This document shows, one piece after another, positions 43,921 to 53,232 of a stretch of 64,000 bases of DNA. The DNA comes from an uncultured Solirubrobacterales bacterium (GTDB lineage Bacteria > Actinomycetota > Thermoleophilia > Solirubrobacterales > Solirubrobacteraceae). The stretch covers positions 1,361,412 through 1,425,411 of the forward strand of contig OY970270.1 of NCBI GenBank assembly GCA_963715765.1. Direction: 5' to 3'. The position numbers and the translations under genes were made by a program. The notes under the pieces are model-generated. The model searched no databases. It was given only the letters and a program-made list of their open reading frames with translations, and was not told the DNA's origin. Positions within the stretch are counted from its first letter, which is position 1; each line of letters begins with the position of its first letter.

Positions 43921-44514
43921 ATGACCGAGACCACCTTTTACTTCGACCTCGGATCGCCCTTCGCCTACCTAGCGGCCGAGCGCCTCCACGAGACCTTGCC
44001 CGATCCACTCGCCTGGCAGCCGGTATCGCTCGGCGCGCTGTTCAAGCTCACCGGACGATCCTCCTGGGCACTGGGCGACCCTCACAGCCGCCAAACGGGA
44101 ATGGCCGAAGTCGAGGCCCGCACCAAGCAATACGGACTCCCGACCATACGCTGGCCCGACCCCTGGCCCAGCAATTATCTATATGCGATGCGCGCCGCCA
44201 CCTACGCCTTCCACGTCGGGCAAGGACGCACTTTCACACTCGCCGCCTTCCGCCACGCCTTCGCCCACGGCAACGACCTCGCGGTACCCGCGCACGTTCT
44301 GCAAGCGGCGGAACAAGCCGACCTGGACCCGAGCGCCGTGGAGTGGGCCACACGCGACCCGCAGATCAAGCGCGCGTTGCGAAACGCAACCGACGCCGCG
44401 CACACGCTCGGCGTTTTCGGCGTGCCCACGATCGCGATCGATGGCGAGCTCTTCTGGGGTGATGATCGGCTCTCAGACGCCGCGGCAGCACTTGCGCGGG
44501 AGAACAATACGTAG
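43921..44514 (+). CDS. 2-hydroxychromene-2-carboxylate isomerase / DsbA-like thioredoxin-fold protein
   Basis: TFYFDLGSPFAYLAAERL...FGVPTIAIDGELFWGDDRL. Confidence 0.78.
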   Translation: MTETTFYFDLGSPFAYLAAERLHETLPDPLAWQPVSLGALFKLTGRSSWALGDPHSRQTGMAEVEARTKQYGLPTIRWPDPWPSNYLYAMRAATYAFHVGQGRTFTLAAFRHAFAHGNDLAVPAHVLQAAEQADLDPSAVEWATRDPQIKRALRNATDAAHTLGVFGVPTIAIDGELFWGDDRLSDAAAALARENNT

Positions 44515-44561
44515 GTTTGCCGACCGGCCCGACCACAATCCTGCGCGCCGGCCGGCGCCTG

Positions 44562-46238
44562 CTACAACGCCGCGAGCAACGCCGAGCCACCAGGTGACCC
44601 GAGCCCAGTGCATGCGTCCCAACCGACCCCAGCGTCGTAGCCCACCCCATCTGGTGGCATCTTGTTGTTGCCAGCGGTGATGTCGCGCAGGGTTCCGGAC
44701 GGAAGTTTGTAGAGCACCGGGTTCAAGAACCCGACGGGCTTGCCAAGTGCCGCATTGCAACGCACGAGAAGCGATGCCCACAACGGGGCTGCCGCACTCG
44801 TCCCGCCGACTCCCCCAAGCCCTTGTGGTCCCGGTTGTGCAACCACAAACGGTGTCTCTGGATCGGCGAGCGAAGACACGTCCGGTACGCCACGACCACT
44901 GTGGATGCTCCCGACCGCCGGAGGAACACCGGCATTGGCCTGCCAGCTCGGCAGGCCAACAAGGACAGAGACGCCGCCACCGGTCGCACCGTGGTTTTCT
45001 TCCGGGTCTTGGCTCAGATCGTTCCACACCACCTCTTTGGAGATCGAGTTCCCCAAAGCTTCAAGCCGGGTGCCTCCGCACCCGAGCACCCACGGGCTCG
45101 ATGCGGGAAAGTCAACGTGTGCCTGGCTGCCCAGGCCGTCGGTCGCACCGCTATCTCCCGCGGCACAAGTAACCGTCCGACCCCGCGCGGCTGCTGCTTC
45201 GAGCGTCAGGTCTACCTGATGTACCGCGGCTCTCGTCCACGCACTGCCGCGACCGCTCTCTGGATTGCCGTAGCTGATCGAGATCACCGATGGGTCGTGT
45301 GTGGTGTCGGTGCTTGCCTCGCTCAGCGCGTCAACCCACCCCTGCTCGTTGAACTCCGTGAAGTACACGACGATCTTCGCCCCCGTCGCCAGTGCACCCA
45401 CGATCGATAGGTCGAGGTAGACCTCCGGTGAAGCATCGTTCGGGTTCGTTCCGTCGCCCGGATCGTTGCCTGGGCCCTGGATCGTAACGTCGACGACCTC
45501 GGGCATCGGCAGAGCGAGCAGCTTGGTGAAATATTTCTCCAGAACCGCAGGTTCGTAGCCGCCCGGCGCAGATGGCCCGCCATCGCCCATCGGGCCGTTG
45601 AACGCGAAGATAGCGATCGTCTGACCGCTCGCGTCGCCGGACGGGAAGCCATACAACTGCGCTACCTGCGGCGGTAGGAACGTGTTGGGTGGCAGTTTCG
45701 AGCCGTCGCGATGCTCATGGATCGCGGCCTGGATATCGTGGTCTGCGGATCGGAGAAACTTACGTCCGAGCGGCCTGTTGTCGAGCCCGATCACCGCCTG
45801 CACGATTGGGGCAAGGGCAGACGGCAACTGAACAGCGTCAGTGTGGCTGTGATAGGTGACATCTCCAAGCGCGAAGCTGCGCAGCTCCACACCGAAGGCA
45901 CTACTCAGTGCCGCCGCGCTGCCGGCGAGCTTGACACTGCGGGCCGCCTGGTTGACGCGTAACACGACGAGGTCGTGCGATGCGGCAAACGCCTTGACAG
46001 CATCGATCTCCTGGCTCGCCGCGCCAAACGCCGTCGCGGCCTCCTGTACGGACAGGTAGCGACGCTCGCTCGGCCGCTTGGCGGCCTCCTGCGCGACGTC
46101 GAATGGCGAGCTTGTCGCAGGATCGCTTCGCAGGTAGACCGTCGCGGAGAGTTGCACGTCGTCCTGCACCTTGCCGCGGTCCTGTGCGTCCTGGGGGATG
46201 CTGCGCTTGCTGCCCTCGAGCTCCACGAGTCCTGGCAT
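44562..46238 (-). CDS. S53 (sedolisin/kumamolisin-like) serine peptidase with a pro-enzyme activation domain
   Basis: The N-terminal pro-kumamolisin-type domain reads VQLSATVYLRS...YLSVQEAATAFGASQEIDAVKAFAASHDLVV. The catalytic part reads VISISYGNPE...CAAGDSGATDG...GVGGTSAAAPLWASLL. No signal peptide is evident. Confidence 0.85.
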   Translation of the reverse strand: MPGLVELEGSKRSIPQDAQDRGKVQDDVQLSATVYLRSDPATSSPFDVAQEAAKRPSERRYLSVQEAATAFGAASQEIDAVKAFAASHDLVVLRVNQAARSVKLAGSAAALSSAFGVELRSFALGDVTYHSHTDAVQLPSALAPIVQAVIGLDNRPLGRKFLRSADHDIQAAIHEHRDGSKLPPNTFLPPQVAQLYGFPSGDASGQTIAIFAFNGPMGDGGPSAPGGYEPAVLEKYFTKLLALPMPEVVDVTIQGPGNDPGDGTNPNDASPEVYLDLSIVGALATGAKIVVYFTEFNEQGWVDALSEASTDTTHDPSVISISYGNPESGRGSAWTRAAVHQVDLTLEAAAARGRTVTCAAGDSGATDGLGSQAHVDFPASSPWVLGCGGTRLEALGNSISKEVVWNDLSQDPEENHGATGGGVSVLVGLPSWQANAGVPPAVGSIHSGRGVPDVSSLADPETPFVVAQPGPQGLGGVGGTSAAAPLWASLLVRCNAALGKPVGFLNPVLYKLPSGTLRDITAGNNKMPPDGVGYDAGVGWDACTGLGSPGGSALLAAL

Positions 46239-46239
46239 G

Positions 46240-46668
46240 TCAATCGCTCCTCGGTTGCGATGGTGGTTGGCGATAGGACTGGACCGTCCGCATGCCGTTT
46301 GGATCGTGTGCAGGATCCATTAGCCCACGATGACGGCCCAAGTTGTGATTGCACTCCCGACAGTGGTCCAATAGCCCTACTGCGCTGCGATCCCCGATAG
46401 TGCAGCGTGCATAAATACCAAGGCAATCGCTCTCTAGCGCAGGAGCACCGCTACGAAGCTCTGGCTTGAAGGTCGAGTCGAAGTTATGGCGATAATTTTG
46501 CCACTGCGTCGTCGCGCGGCCCGGTGTCAATATATCGGCGAGCGCCTGAGACTCGGCGACCGTCCATGTCACCACGAGCACGTCGGCTGCGGGCAGTGGA
46601 TCGTTCGCGCCGGGAGTGGGCGACGGGTCCACGATTGGTGCAAGGCCATCTGGCCAGGGAATCGGCAC
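46240..46668 (-). CDS. Hypothetical protein (possibly a truncated gene), abutting the S53 peptidase gene
   Basis: 142 aa. ADVLVVTWTVAESQALADILTPG...LGIYARCTIGDRSAVGL vaguely recalls the phosphorylase-superfamily N-terminus. The last ~45 codons have lower GC3. Its stop lies 1 nt before the peptidase ATG, with AGGAG inside its 3' end. Confidence 0.4.
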   Translation of the reverse strand: MPIPWPDGLAPIVDPSPTPGANDPLPAADVLVVTWTVAESQALADILTPGRATTQWQNYRHNFDSTFKPELRSGAPALESDCLGIYARCTIGDRSAVGLLDHCRECNHNLGRHRGLMDPAHDPNGMRTVQSYRQPPSQPRSD

Positions 46669-47089
46669 GAGGCGCTCGCGAGGGTGACCCTCTGAGGGCT
46701 CAGAGAAGGCGAACGTGGAGGGGTCTCCCGGGTCGAAGCGCAGAATGTGGCCCGCCAGCGCGCTCCGGATGGGTCTGCCACGAGCCTGCTCGCAGCGTCA
46801 ACAGCCATCACCTGTAAACCATCACCGTCGCTCGCAGCGTCATGTGCGTGAGCTTAGCGCGCATCAACCAGTTCCGCCACATAAAATTTCGATTGAGCGA
46901 TCAGTACGATCAAACGGTCAACCGCGGCTCCCCCCGCATGAAGCGCCACGCAGCGCCTTAGTACACACAATGTCGCAGACTTCGTACCTCCCCGAGGTCC
47001 GGACACATTGATCAAATGATTGATACTCTTTACGCGATCAGACAAGCTGGCGACTCCGGTGAGGCCACAGACCGACATAGGGCATATGC

Positions 47090-48460
47090 ATGGCTGAAGC
47101 TCCGGATCATCAGCGTGGAAAACGTCGCCGGACGCGCTCACGCCTCGGCCGAGCACTATCGGCGACGCCACGGTGGGCAAAGCAAGCAGGCACCTTCCTG
47201 GTGGGCGCCGCAGCGGTCGTCGGCGCGATGGCGACGATCATCTCGCACCTGAAATCATCCCCGCTGCCAATCCTGACTGTAGATCTAGGCGCACCCGAAT
47301 GGGCCGCGCATGAACTCACGCTCGGAAGCTATGTGGCGTGGCAGCAGCGGGAATCCAGTACTCAAGGCCTAAAGGCACTCGGTGAGGACAAGGTGGCACA
47401 GGCACCCGGAAGCCGAACAGCAAGCATCGAGACGAAATCGGCCGTCGTTCTCCTCGTGCGATACACCCCACCTATGCGCGGGGTGGACGTAACCTCAACC
47501 CAGCCTGCCTCGACGGAGGCTACCACCACCGCGAAAGCGGCTACAACGACAGCAACCGGGAGTTATGAAACGGTCCCCACCGGGACCTCCTCGAACACCG
47601 GACCCAGTTCGCCCACCTCCACCATTGTGCCCGCGAGAACTACCCCTCCAGCGACAACCACCGCTCCAGCGACAAACACTTCACCTGATGGGACGGTCTC
47701 GACTACTACCCACACGGTGCCGGGTACCAACTTCAGACCGTCGTTTAGTGCAGGGGTACTACGCGAAGCCGGCGCTGGTCTCGGTCGCACTGGAATATCA
47801 CGCCTGCAGCGCAAGGTGCAGAGGCAGGAAGCAATCCTCCGCAATCCCGAGCTTCAGCAGAGCGAGGAGGTCCTGAGCGCCTGCCAGGGCCTGGCATATG
47901 GGGGGTGTGCTCCTGAAGCGACGACCGGTGCGCCGAACGAAAACCCGTCAACCGTGGGGTCTGAGCCATCGCCGCTGGGGACGGAATCAAGTGAAGCTAC
48001 CGGCGCCTACGGAGCTCTGCCGAAGCGCCCGACGCAAAGCCAGCGGGAACTACTTGAAATAGCCGGCGGAGCGCGTCTTGGACGCGCCGCCGACGCGAAC
48101 CTGGTGCCGCCCCTGATGACAACCGGATTGTCAGAGGCGCAGCGGGTTCGGGTGGCCAGAGTCCTGGGTGACGCCGTTTCCTTCGAGGTACACACCCAGG
48201 GATGGATCGGCCAACGGCTGTTGCTGACCTGGACGATGTATGAAAAGCACGACGGATACTGGAACCCGTCACCCCGGGAGTATCTGATCGACCACGCCCA
48301 AACCTACGTGGTACCGACAGCCTCCGACGCCGAGGGGGTTCTGACGTTCTGGTTTCCGATCCCCAGACAACAAGGAGACTACGAGGTTCACTACTTCATC
48401 CGCGCACCCGACAGCGGGGGAACGTTGGCGTCGGGCAGAAGCCAGAGCTTTCGACCCTAG
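47090..48460 (+). CDS. Membrane-anchored hypothetical protein with a Thr/Pro/Ser-rich linker
   Basis: TM helix AGTFLVGAAAVVGAMATII. Linker TSTQPASTEATTTAKAATTTATGSYETVPTGTSSNTGPSSPTSTIVPARTTPPATTTAPATNTSPDGTVSTTTH. The ~150-aa C-terminal domain is unrecognised. Confidence 0.6.
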   Translation: MAEAPDHQRGKRRRTRSRLGRALSATPRWAKQAGTFLVGAAAVVGAMATIISHLKSSPLPILTVDLGAPEWAAHELTLGSYVAWQQRESSTQGLKALGEDKVAQAPGSRTASIETKSAVVLLVRYTPPMRGVDVTSTQPASTEATTTAKAATTTATGSYETVPTGTSSNTGPSSPTSTIVPARTTPPATTTAPATNTSPDGTVSTTTHTVPGTNFRPSFSAGVLREAGAGLGRTGISRLQRKVQRQEAILRNPELQQSEEVLSACQGLAYGGCAPEATTGAPNENPSTVGSEPSPLGTESSEATGAYGALPKRPTQSQRELLEIAGGARLGRAADANLVPPLMTTGLSEAQRVRVARVLGDAVSFEVHTQGWIGQRLLLTWTMYEKHDGYWNPSPREYLIDHAQTYVVPTASDAEGVLTFWFPIPRQQGDYEVHYFIRAPDSGGTLASGRSQSFRP

Positions 48461-48740
48461 AGCGGCCGTTCCACGTTGTTCAGTATCCGCCGGCGCACGC
48501 GCAAATGGTTCGAGTGGGATGACACGCCAAGCCCCTCGCCATCCTATATGGCACCAAAACTACGCTTGAGCGCGCGGCTCCCCGAGGACTTGCGCAACAC
48601 ACGTTGGGCCTGGAACGCCCGTGGGCTCGACAGGCCCGCGCTGACAGAGCTTGCCGTCCAGTCGCCGGTGCCAAAGGGCGGGCGATGGACTGGCGACACG
48701 ACCTCGAGAGAACAACCCCCCCAAGGGAGCGTTCGACCAA

Positions 48741-48806
48741 ACCAGCACTAGAGCAATAAACCAGCACTCAACCAAACAGCCCGCTTCATAAACTGATACC
48801 AGCACT
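48741..48806. repeat. Three direct copies of A-ACCAGCACT spaced 19 and 38 nt apart, upstream of the DUF385 gene
   Basis: ACCAGCACT at 48741-48749, 48760-48768 and 48798-48806, in a lower-GC intergenic region ending at the ATG 48842. Confidence 0.6.
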
Positions 48807-48841
48807 CAGCGAGAGACCTCTCCAACGTCCCGAGGAGCACC

Positions 48842-49270
48842 ATGTCCACCTCCCCCGCAGACTTCAACGCCAAGATCATCGACGAATTCCATGCCAACGA
48901 AGGACACGTCGGCGGCATGTTCGAGGGCATGCCGCTACTGCTACTGCACCACACCGGCGCCAGGTCCGGCAAGAGCCGCATCAACCCGCTCGCTTACCAG
49001 AACGACAACGGGCGCTATGTAATCTTCGCCTCCAAGGCCGGCGCGCCGACCAACCCCGACTGGTACCACAACCTCAAGGCCCATCCCAACGTCAAGATCG
49101 AGGCTGGCACCGACACGATCGAAGTCACAGCCAGCGAGGCGACCGGCGCCGAGCGCGAGCGCCTCTTTCGCACCCAGGTCGAGCGTGTGCCTCAGTTCGG
49201 CGAGTACGAGCGGCAGACGGGCGGGCGTGTGATCCCGGTGATGGTCCTCACACCCGTCGGCGCCAACTGA
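48842..49270 (+). CDS. Deazaflavin (F420)-dependent nitroreductase family protein (DUF385)
   Basis: FNAKIIDEFHANEGHVGG...LLLLHHTGARSGKSRINPLAYQNDNGRYVIFASKAGAPTNPDWYHNLKAHPNVKIE. Confidence 0.82.
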   Translation: MSTSPADFNAKIIDEFHANEGHVGGMFEGMPLLLLHHTGARSGKSRINPLAYQNDNGRYVIFASKAGAPTNPDWYHNLKAHPNVKIEAGTDTIEVTASEATGAERERLFRTQVERVPQFGEYERQTGGRVIPVMVLTPVGAN

Positions 49271-49392
49271 GGTCAGCCAAGCCAAAGCCCTATTCAGAAC
49301 CCAGCCCGCGTTGGCTTGGCGTCCTGTGGCTTGGGCGCCCTGTGGCCCGGCTGCTCCAGCCCGCCCGCGGCGGGCACCGCGACGGCAGGCGC

Positions 49393-50268
49393 TCAGCTGC
49401 GGATGTCGTCCAGACGCTCGTGGGCGTGGGCATCCAGTTCGACGTGGCCCGCAGCAATGTTCTCCTCCAGGTGAGCAAGCGAGGAGGTGCCAGGGATGAG
49501 CAGTACGTTGGGACTGCGTGCCAGCAGCCACGCGAGGCCCACCTGGGCTGGCGTAACGCCGAGGCGATCGGCCACCTCGCGCACGACAGGTTGCTCAGAG
49601 ACCTTCGGCATCCCTGGGAACGCCGACCCCAATGGGAAGAACGGCACGAAGGGAACGCCGACCTCACGGCAGAGATCCAGCAGTGGCTCGGTGTCACGCT
49701 GGAGCAGGCTCATCTGATTCTGAACGCAGGCGATCTGCGTGTGGGCTAGGCCGGCACGCAACTGCTCGAGGGTGACGTTGCTCAGGCCGACGCCGCCGAT
49801 CTTGCCCTCCTCTCGTAGTTCCACCATGGTCGCGAGCTGATCCTCAAGCGCAACCGCCGATCCCGGTGAACCCTCATCCTCGCCCATCACGCGGAGGTTC
49901 ACCACGTCCACGCGCTCGACCTCCAGTGAGCGCAGGTTTTCCTCCACGCCTCGGCGCAACTGTTCTGGGCGCTGCGCAGCGATCCACCCGCCGTTCGCGT
50001 CGCGCGCGCCACCGACCTTGCTGACCAGCACCAGATCATCCGGATAGGGATGCAGCGCCTCGTGAATCAGCTCGTTGGCGACATCCGGTCCGTAGTACTG
50101 GGCCGTGTCGATGTGGTTGACGCCGAGCTCCACCGCACGCCGCAGAACCGCCAGGGCTTCTGCACGGTCGCGCGGAGGTCCAAACACACCCGGTCCGGGG
50201 AGCTGCATCGCTCCAAACCCGATCCTTCCGACAGGGCGCCCCACCAGATGGAAGTTATCCACGGTCAT
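49393..50268 (-). CDS. Aldo/keto reductase
   Basis: IGFGAMQLPGPGVFGPPRDRAEALAVLRRAVELGVNHIDTAQYYGPDVANELI. Confidence 0.88.
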   Translation of the reverse strand: MTVDNFHLVGRPVGRIGFGAMQLPGPGVFGPPRDRAEALAVLRRAVELGVNHIDTAQYYGPDVANELIHEALHPYPDDLVLVSKVGGARDANGGWIAAQRPEQLRRGVEENLRSLEVERVDVVNLRVMGEDEGSPGSAVALEDQLATMVELREEGKIGGVGLSNVTLEQLRAGLAHTQIACVQNQMSLLQRDTEPLLDLCREVGVPFVPFFPLGSAFPGMPKVSEQPVVREVADRLGVTPAQVGLAWLLARSPNVLLIPGTSSLAHLEENIAAGHVELDAHAHERLDDIRS

Positions 50269-50326
50269 CTCGGTAGCTTAGGGAGAAGCAGACGCAAGCC
50301 CTGGCCAGACTGGCGTTCCCACCGGT

Positions 50327-50752
50327 CTAGGAATCTGCCAGGCGCGCGATCAGCGGGACCGCTTCGGCCAGGACCTGCTGCTCGTGCTCGTCGAAGCCAT
50401 CGGCGATCGCCTGTATCAGCCAGCCCTCGCGCTGTCGGCGGTCCACCTGCAGCGTCCCGCGCCCTTTGTCGGTGAGCTCGAGCAGGGCGCGGCGTCCGTC
50501 GGCGGGATCGGGGCGGCGGCTGATCAGCCCATCGACTTCGAGCTCGCTGACCGTCTGGGCCATCGACTGCGGGCGCACGCGCTCGGCGGCTGCCAGATCG
50601 CTTGTGCTCATGGGGCCCTCGCGATCGAGGCGACCGAGCACAGAACCGTGCGCGAGCGAGAAGCGGTGCTCGGCGCGCAGCCGCCGCATCAGCTGACCAA
50701 GCACCACCCGCAGCTCGCTGGCGGTGAGCGACACATCGACGGACGAGGCCAT
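50327..50752 (-). CDS. MarR family transcriptional regulator
   Basis: LTASELRVVLGQLMRRLRAEHRFSLAHGSVLGRLDREGPMSTSDLAAAERVRPQSMAQTVSELEVDGLISRRPDPADGRRALLELTDKG. The start was taken at ATG 50752; the track start 50791 is a GTG. Confidence 0.85.
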   Translation of the reverse strand: MASSVDVSLTASELRVVLGQLMRRLRAEHRFSLAHGSVLGRLDREGPMSTSDLAAAERVRPQSMAQTVSELEVDGLISRRPDPADGRRALLELTDKGRGTLQVDRRQREGWLIQAIADGFDEHEQQVLAEAVPLIARLADS

Positions 50753-50789
50753 TGCAGCAAGAACTATACGGGAAGACCAGGCAAACTGC

Positions 50790-50807
50790 ACAGGTTACCT
50801 GTATAAT
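50790..50807. promoter_or_regulatory. Palindrome ACAGGT-T-ACCTGT abutting a perfect TATAAT box in the MarR/MFS divergent region
   Basis: ACAGGTTACCTGT at 50790-50802 and TATAAT at 50802-50807. MFS candidate starts are TTG 50810 and GTG 50816, the latter 8 nt after the -10. Confidence 0.5.
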
Positions 50808-50809
50808 GT

Positions 50810-52684
50810 TTGGCAGTGAGCGACACCGCCGACGTCAACACCACCCCACCGGCCAAGGTCGCTGTGGGGAGCGGAACCTCGCCGCCCACAGCAGCCCCAT
50901 CCAGCGGCGGCCCGCTCAACAGTGGCCCATCCAACGGCGGTCCGCCCAGCCAAACCCCAACGGCGCCGGATCGCTACAAGTGGATCGCGCTGTCCAACGT
51001 CACCCTCGGAGTGCTGCTGGCCACACTGGACGGCTCGATCACGCTGATCGCGATGCCCGACATCTTCCGTGGCATCCATCTCGACCCACTGGTGCCCGCC
51101 AACAGCTTCTATCTGCTGTGGATGATCCTCGGCTTCCTGGTCGTCACGAGCGTCTTGATCGTGAGCCTCGGGCGCCTCGGCGACATGTATGGCCGGGTCA
51201 AGATGTACAACCTCGGCTTCGTCATCTACACGATCGCCTCGCTGGTCCTGACAGTCGACTGGATGACCGGACGGGCCGGGGCTACCTATCTGATCGTGTT
51301 TCGTATCGTGCAGGGCATCGGCGCCGCATTCCTGCTGGCCAACGCGGCCGCAATCATCACCGACGCCTTCCCCGCCAACCAACGGGGCATGGCACTCGGC
51401 ATCAACAACATCGTCGGCGTCAGCGGGATGTTCGTCGGACTCGTCCTCGGCGGGCTGCTCGCCCCGATCGATTGGCGGCTAGTGTTCTTGATCTCGGTGC
51501 CGGTGGGACTGTTCGGCACGGTGTGGGCCTACCTAAAGCTCGAGGAGCGCAGCACCCCCAAACGCGCGCGCGTGGACTGGTGGGGCAACGTCACATTCGC
51601 GCTCGGGTTGATCCTGATCATGGTGTCGGTCACCTATGGAATCCGGCCCTATGGCGGCCACGCCACCGGCTGGGGCAGCCCGCGAGTGCTCGCACTGCTG
51701 GGCGCCGGGATCCTATCCCTGCTCGTCTTCGCGGTGGTCGAGCTCCGTGTCGCAGAGCCGATGTTCCGCCTACCCCTGTTTCGCATCCGCGCTTTCACGT
51801 TCGGCACGCTCTCAACGTTCCTCTCGGCCGTGTCACGCGGTGGGCTGATGTTCATGCTGATCATCTGGCTGCAGGGCATCTGGCTGCCCCTACACGGCGT
51901 CAACTTCGTCGACACGCCGCTGCGCGCGGGCATCTACATGCTTCCGCTCACACTCGGCATGCTTGTAGCCGGGCCAACCTCCGGGTATCTCTCCGATCGC
52001 TTCGGAGCCCGCTGGTTTGCGACGGGCGGAATGCTCGGATCGGCTCTCAGCTTCTACCTGCTTACGCTGCTGCCGATCAACTTCTCCTTTCCCGTGTTCG
52101 CGCTCATACTCGCGATGATCGGCGTCTCGATGGGCATGTTCGCCTCGCCCAACCGGGCCGCGGTGATGAACAGCCTGCCGCCACAGCACCGGGGGGCCGG
52201 AGGCGGGATGAACCAGACTTTCCAGAACTCCGCGCAGGTGCTCTCGATCGGCGTGTTCTTCACGCTGATGATCATGGGGTTGGCCTCGGACCTGCCACAC
52301 ACTCTGTCCTCCGGGCTACAGGTCCATGGAGTCTCGGCCGCGACGGCCAGCGGCGTCGCGCACACCCCGCCGGTGTCGGTGCTGTTCGCGGCCTTCCTCG
52401 GCTACAACCCGATCGAACACCTGCTCGGGGCGCACGTGCTCGCCTCGCTCTCGGTCGCCAACCGCGCGACGCTGGCCGGCCGCTCGTTCTTCCCGCAGTT
52501 GATCTCCGGACCGTTTCGCACCGGACTACACGAGGCGTTCCTGTTCGCGATCCTCGCCTGCCTGATCGCGGCAGCCGCGTCGCTGATGCGCGGCGGCACC
52601 TACCACTACACCGAGCAGGCGCCAGAGCCGAGTAGGACAGCCAAATCCTCGCCGTCGCGGCAGCGACACAAGGTCGGGGTATAA
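50810..52684 (+). CDS. MFS transporter, DHA2 (EmrB/QacA, 14-TMS) type
   Basis: YKWIALSNVTLGVLLATLDGSITLIAMPDIFRGI...GRLGDMYGRVKMYNLG. About 14 TM segments. Divergent from the MarR gene. Confidence 0.88.
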   Translation: MAVSDTADVNTTPPAKVAVGSGTSPPTAAPSSGGPLNSGPSNGGPPSQTPTAPDRYKWIALSNVTLGVLLATLDGSITLIAMPDIFRGIHLDPLVPANSFYLLWMILGFLVVTSVLIVSLGRLGDMYGRVKMYNLGFVIYTIASLVLTVDWMTGRAGATYLIVFRIVQGIGAAFLLANAAAIITDAFPANQRGMALGINNIVGVSGMFVGLVLGGLLAPIDWRLVFLISVPVGLFGTVWAYLKLEERSTPKRARVDWWGNVTFALGLILIMVSVTYGIRPYGGHATGWGSPRVLALLGAGILSLLVFAVVELRVAEPMFRLPLFRIRAFTFGTLSTFLSAVSRGGLMFMLIIWLQGIWLPLHGVNFVDTPLRAGIYMLPLTLGMLVAGPTSGYLSDRFGARWFATGGMLGSALSFYLLTLLPINFSFPVFALILAMIGVSMGMFASPNRAAVMNSLPPQHRGAGGGMNQTFQNSAQVLSIGVFFTLMIMGLASDLPHTLSSGLQVHGVSAATASGVAHTPPVSVLFAAFLGYNPIEHLLGAHVLASLSVANRATLAGRSFFPQLISGPFRTGLHEAFLFAILACLIAAAASLMRGGTYHYTEQAPEPSRTAKSSPSRQRHKVGV

Positions 52685-52710
52685 ACAAGCAGATCGAGAA
52701 AGGGCCAAAG

Positions 52711-53223
52711 ATGAAAATTGGAAGATTGCTGTTGCGCTTGGCCGTAGGTGGATTCTTCGTCGGACACGGAACGCAAAAGCTGTTTGGTTGGTTCGGCGGC
52801 AACGGACTGGACGCAACCGCACAAGGGTTCGAGCAGCTCGGCCTGCGTCCAGGACGGCGCAACGCGATCGCCGCTGGCGCGGCCGAGGCCGGTGGCGGAG
52901 CACTACTGGCAGCAGGGCTCGCCACGCCGCTGGCCGCCTCGGTCCTGACGGCGACGATGATCACCGCGATCGAGACCGTGCACGCCAAGAATGGCCCTTG
53001 GCTGAACAATGGAGGCTATGAGTACAACGTGGTCCTGATCGCCGCCACGCTCGCACTTGCGGAGGTGGGACCAGGCGAGCTGTCGCTTGATGCCGCACGC
53101 GGGCGCGAACGCTCCGGTTCAGGCTGGGCGCTTGCCGCGCTGGCCGTCGGCGCCATTGGAGCGCTCGGCGCGCACCTGGCGACCGAGGACGCACCCGCCA
53201 CGACCACGACAGAGTCCGATTAG
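52711..53223 (+). CDS. DoxX family membrane protein
   Basis: IGRLLLRLAVGGFFVGHGTQKLFGWFGGNGL. Confidence 0.82.
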   Translation: MKIGRLLLRLAVGGFFVGHGTQKLFGWFGGNGLDATAQGFEQLGLRPGRRNAIAAGAAEAGGGALLAAGLATPLAASVLTATMITAIETVHAKNGPWLNNGGYEYNVVLIAATLALAEVGPGELSLDAARGRERSGSGWALAALAVGAIGALGAHLATEDAPATTTTESD

Positions 53224-53232
53224 CCCACTGGC

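Noticed and set aside
46854-47180. 108-aa minus-strand ORF in the lower-GC gap
   Set aside because: It has no motif, a poor codon pattern, and it overlaps the start of the 47090 gene. It is left as non-coding.
50752-52635. 627-aa plus-strand ORF
   Set aside because: This is an alternative frame of the MFS transporter gene 50810..52684, which has clear DHA2 motifs and TM periodicity.
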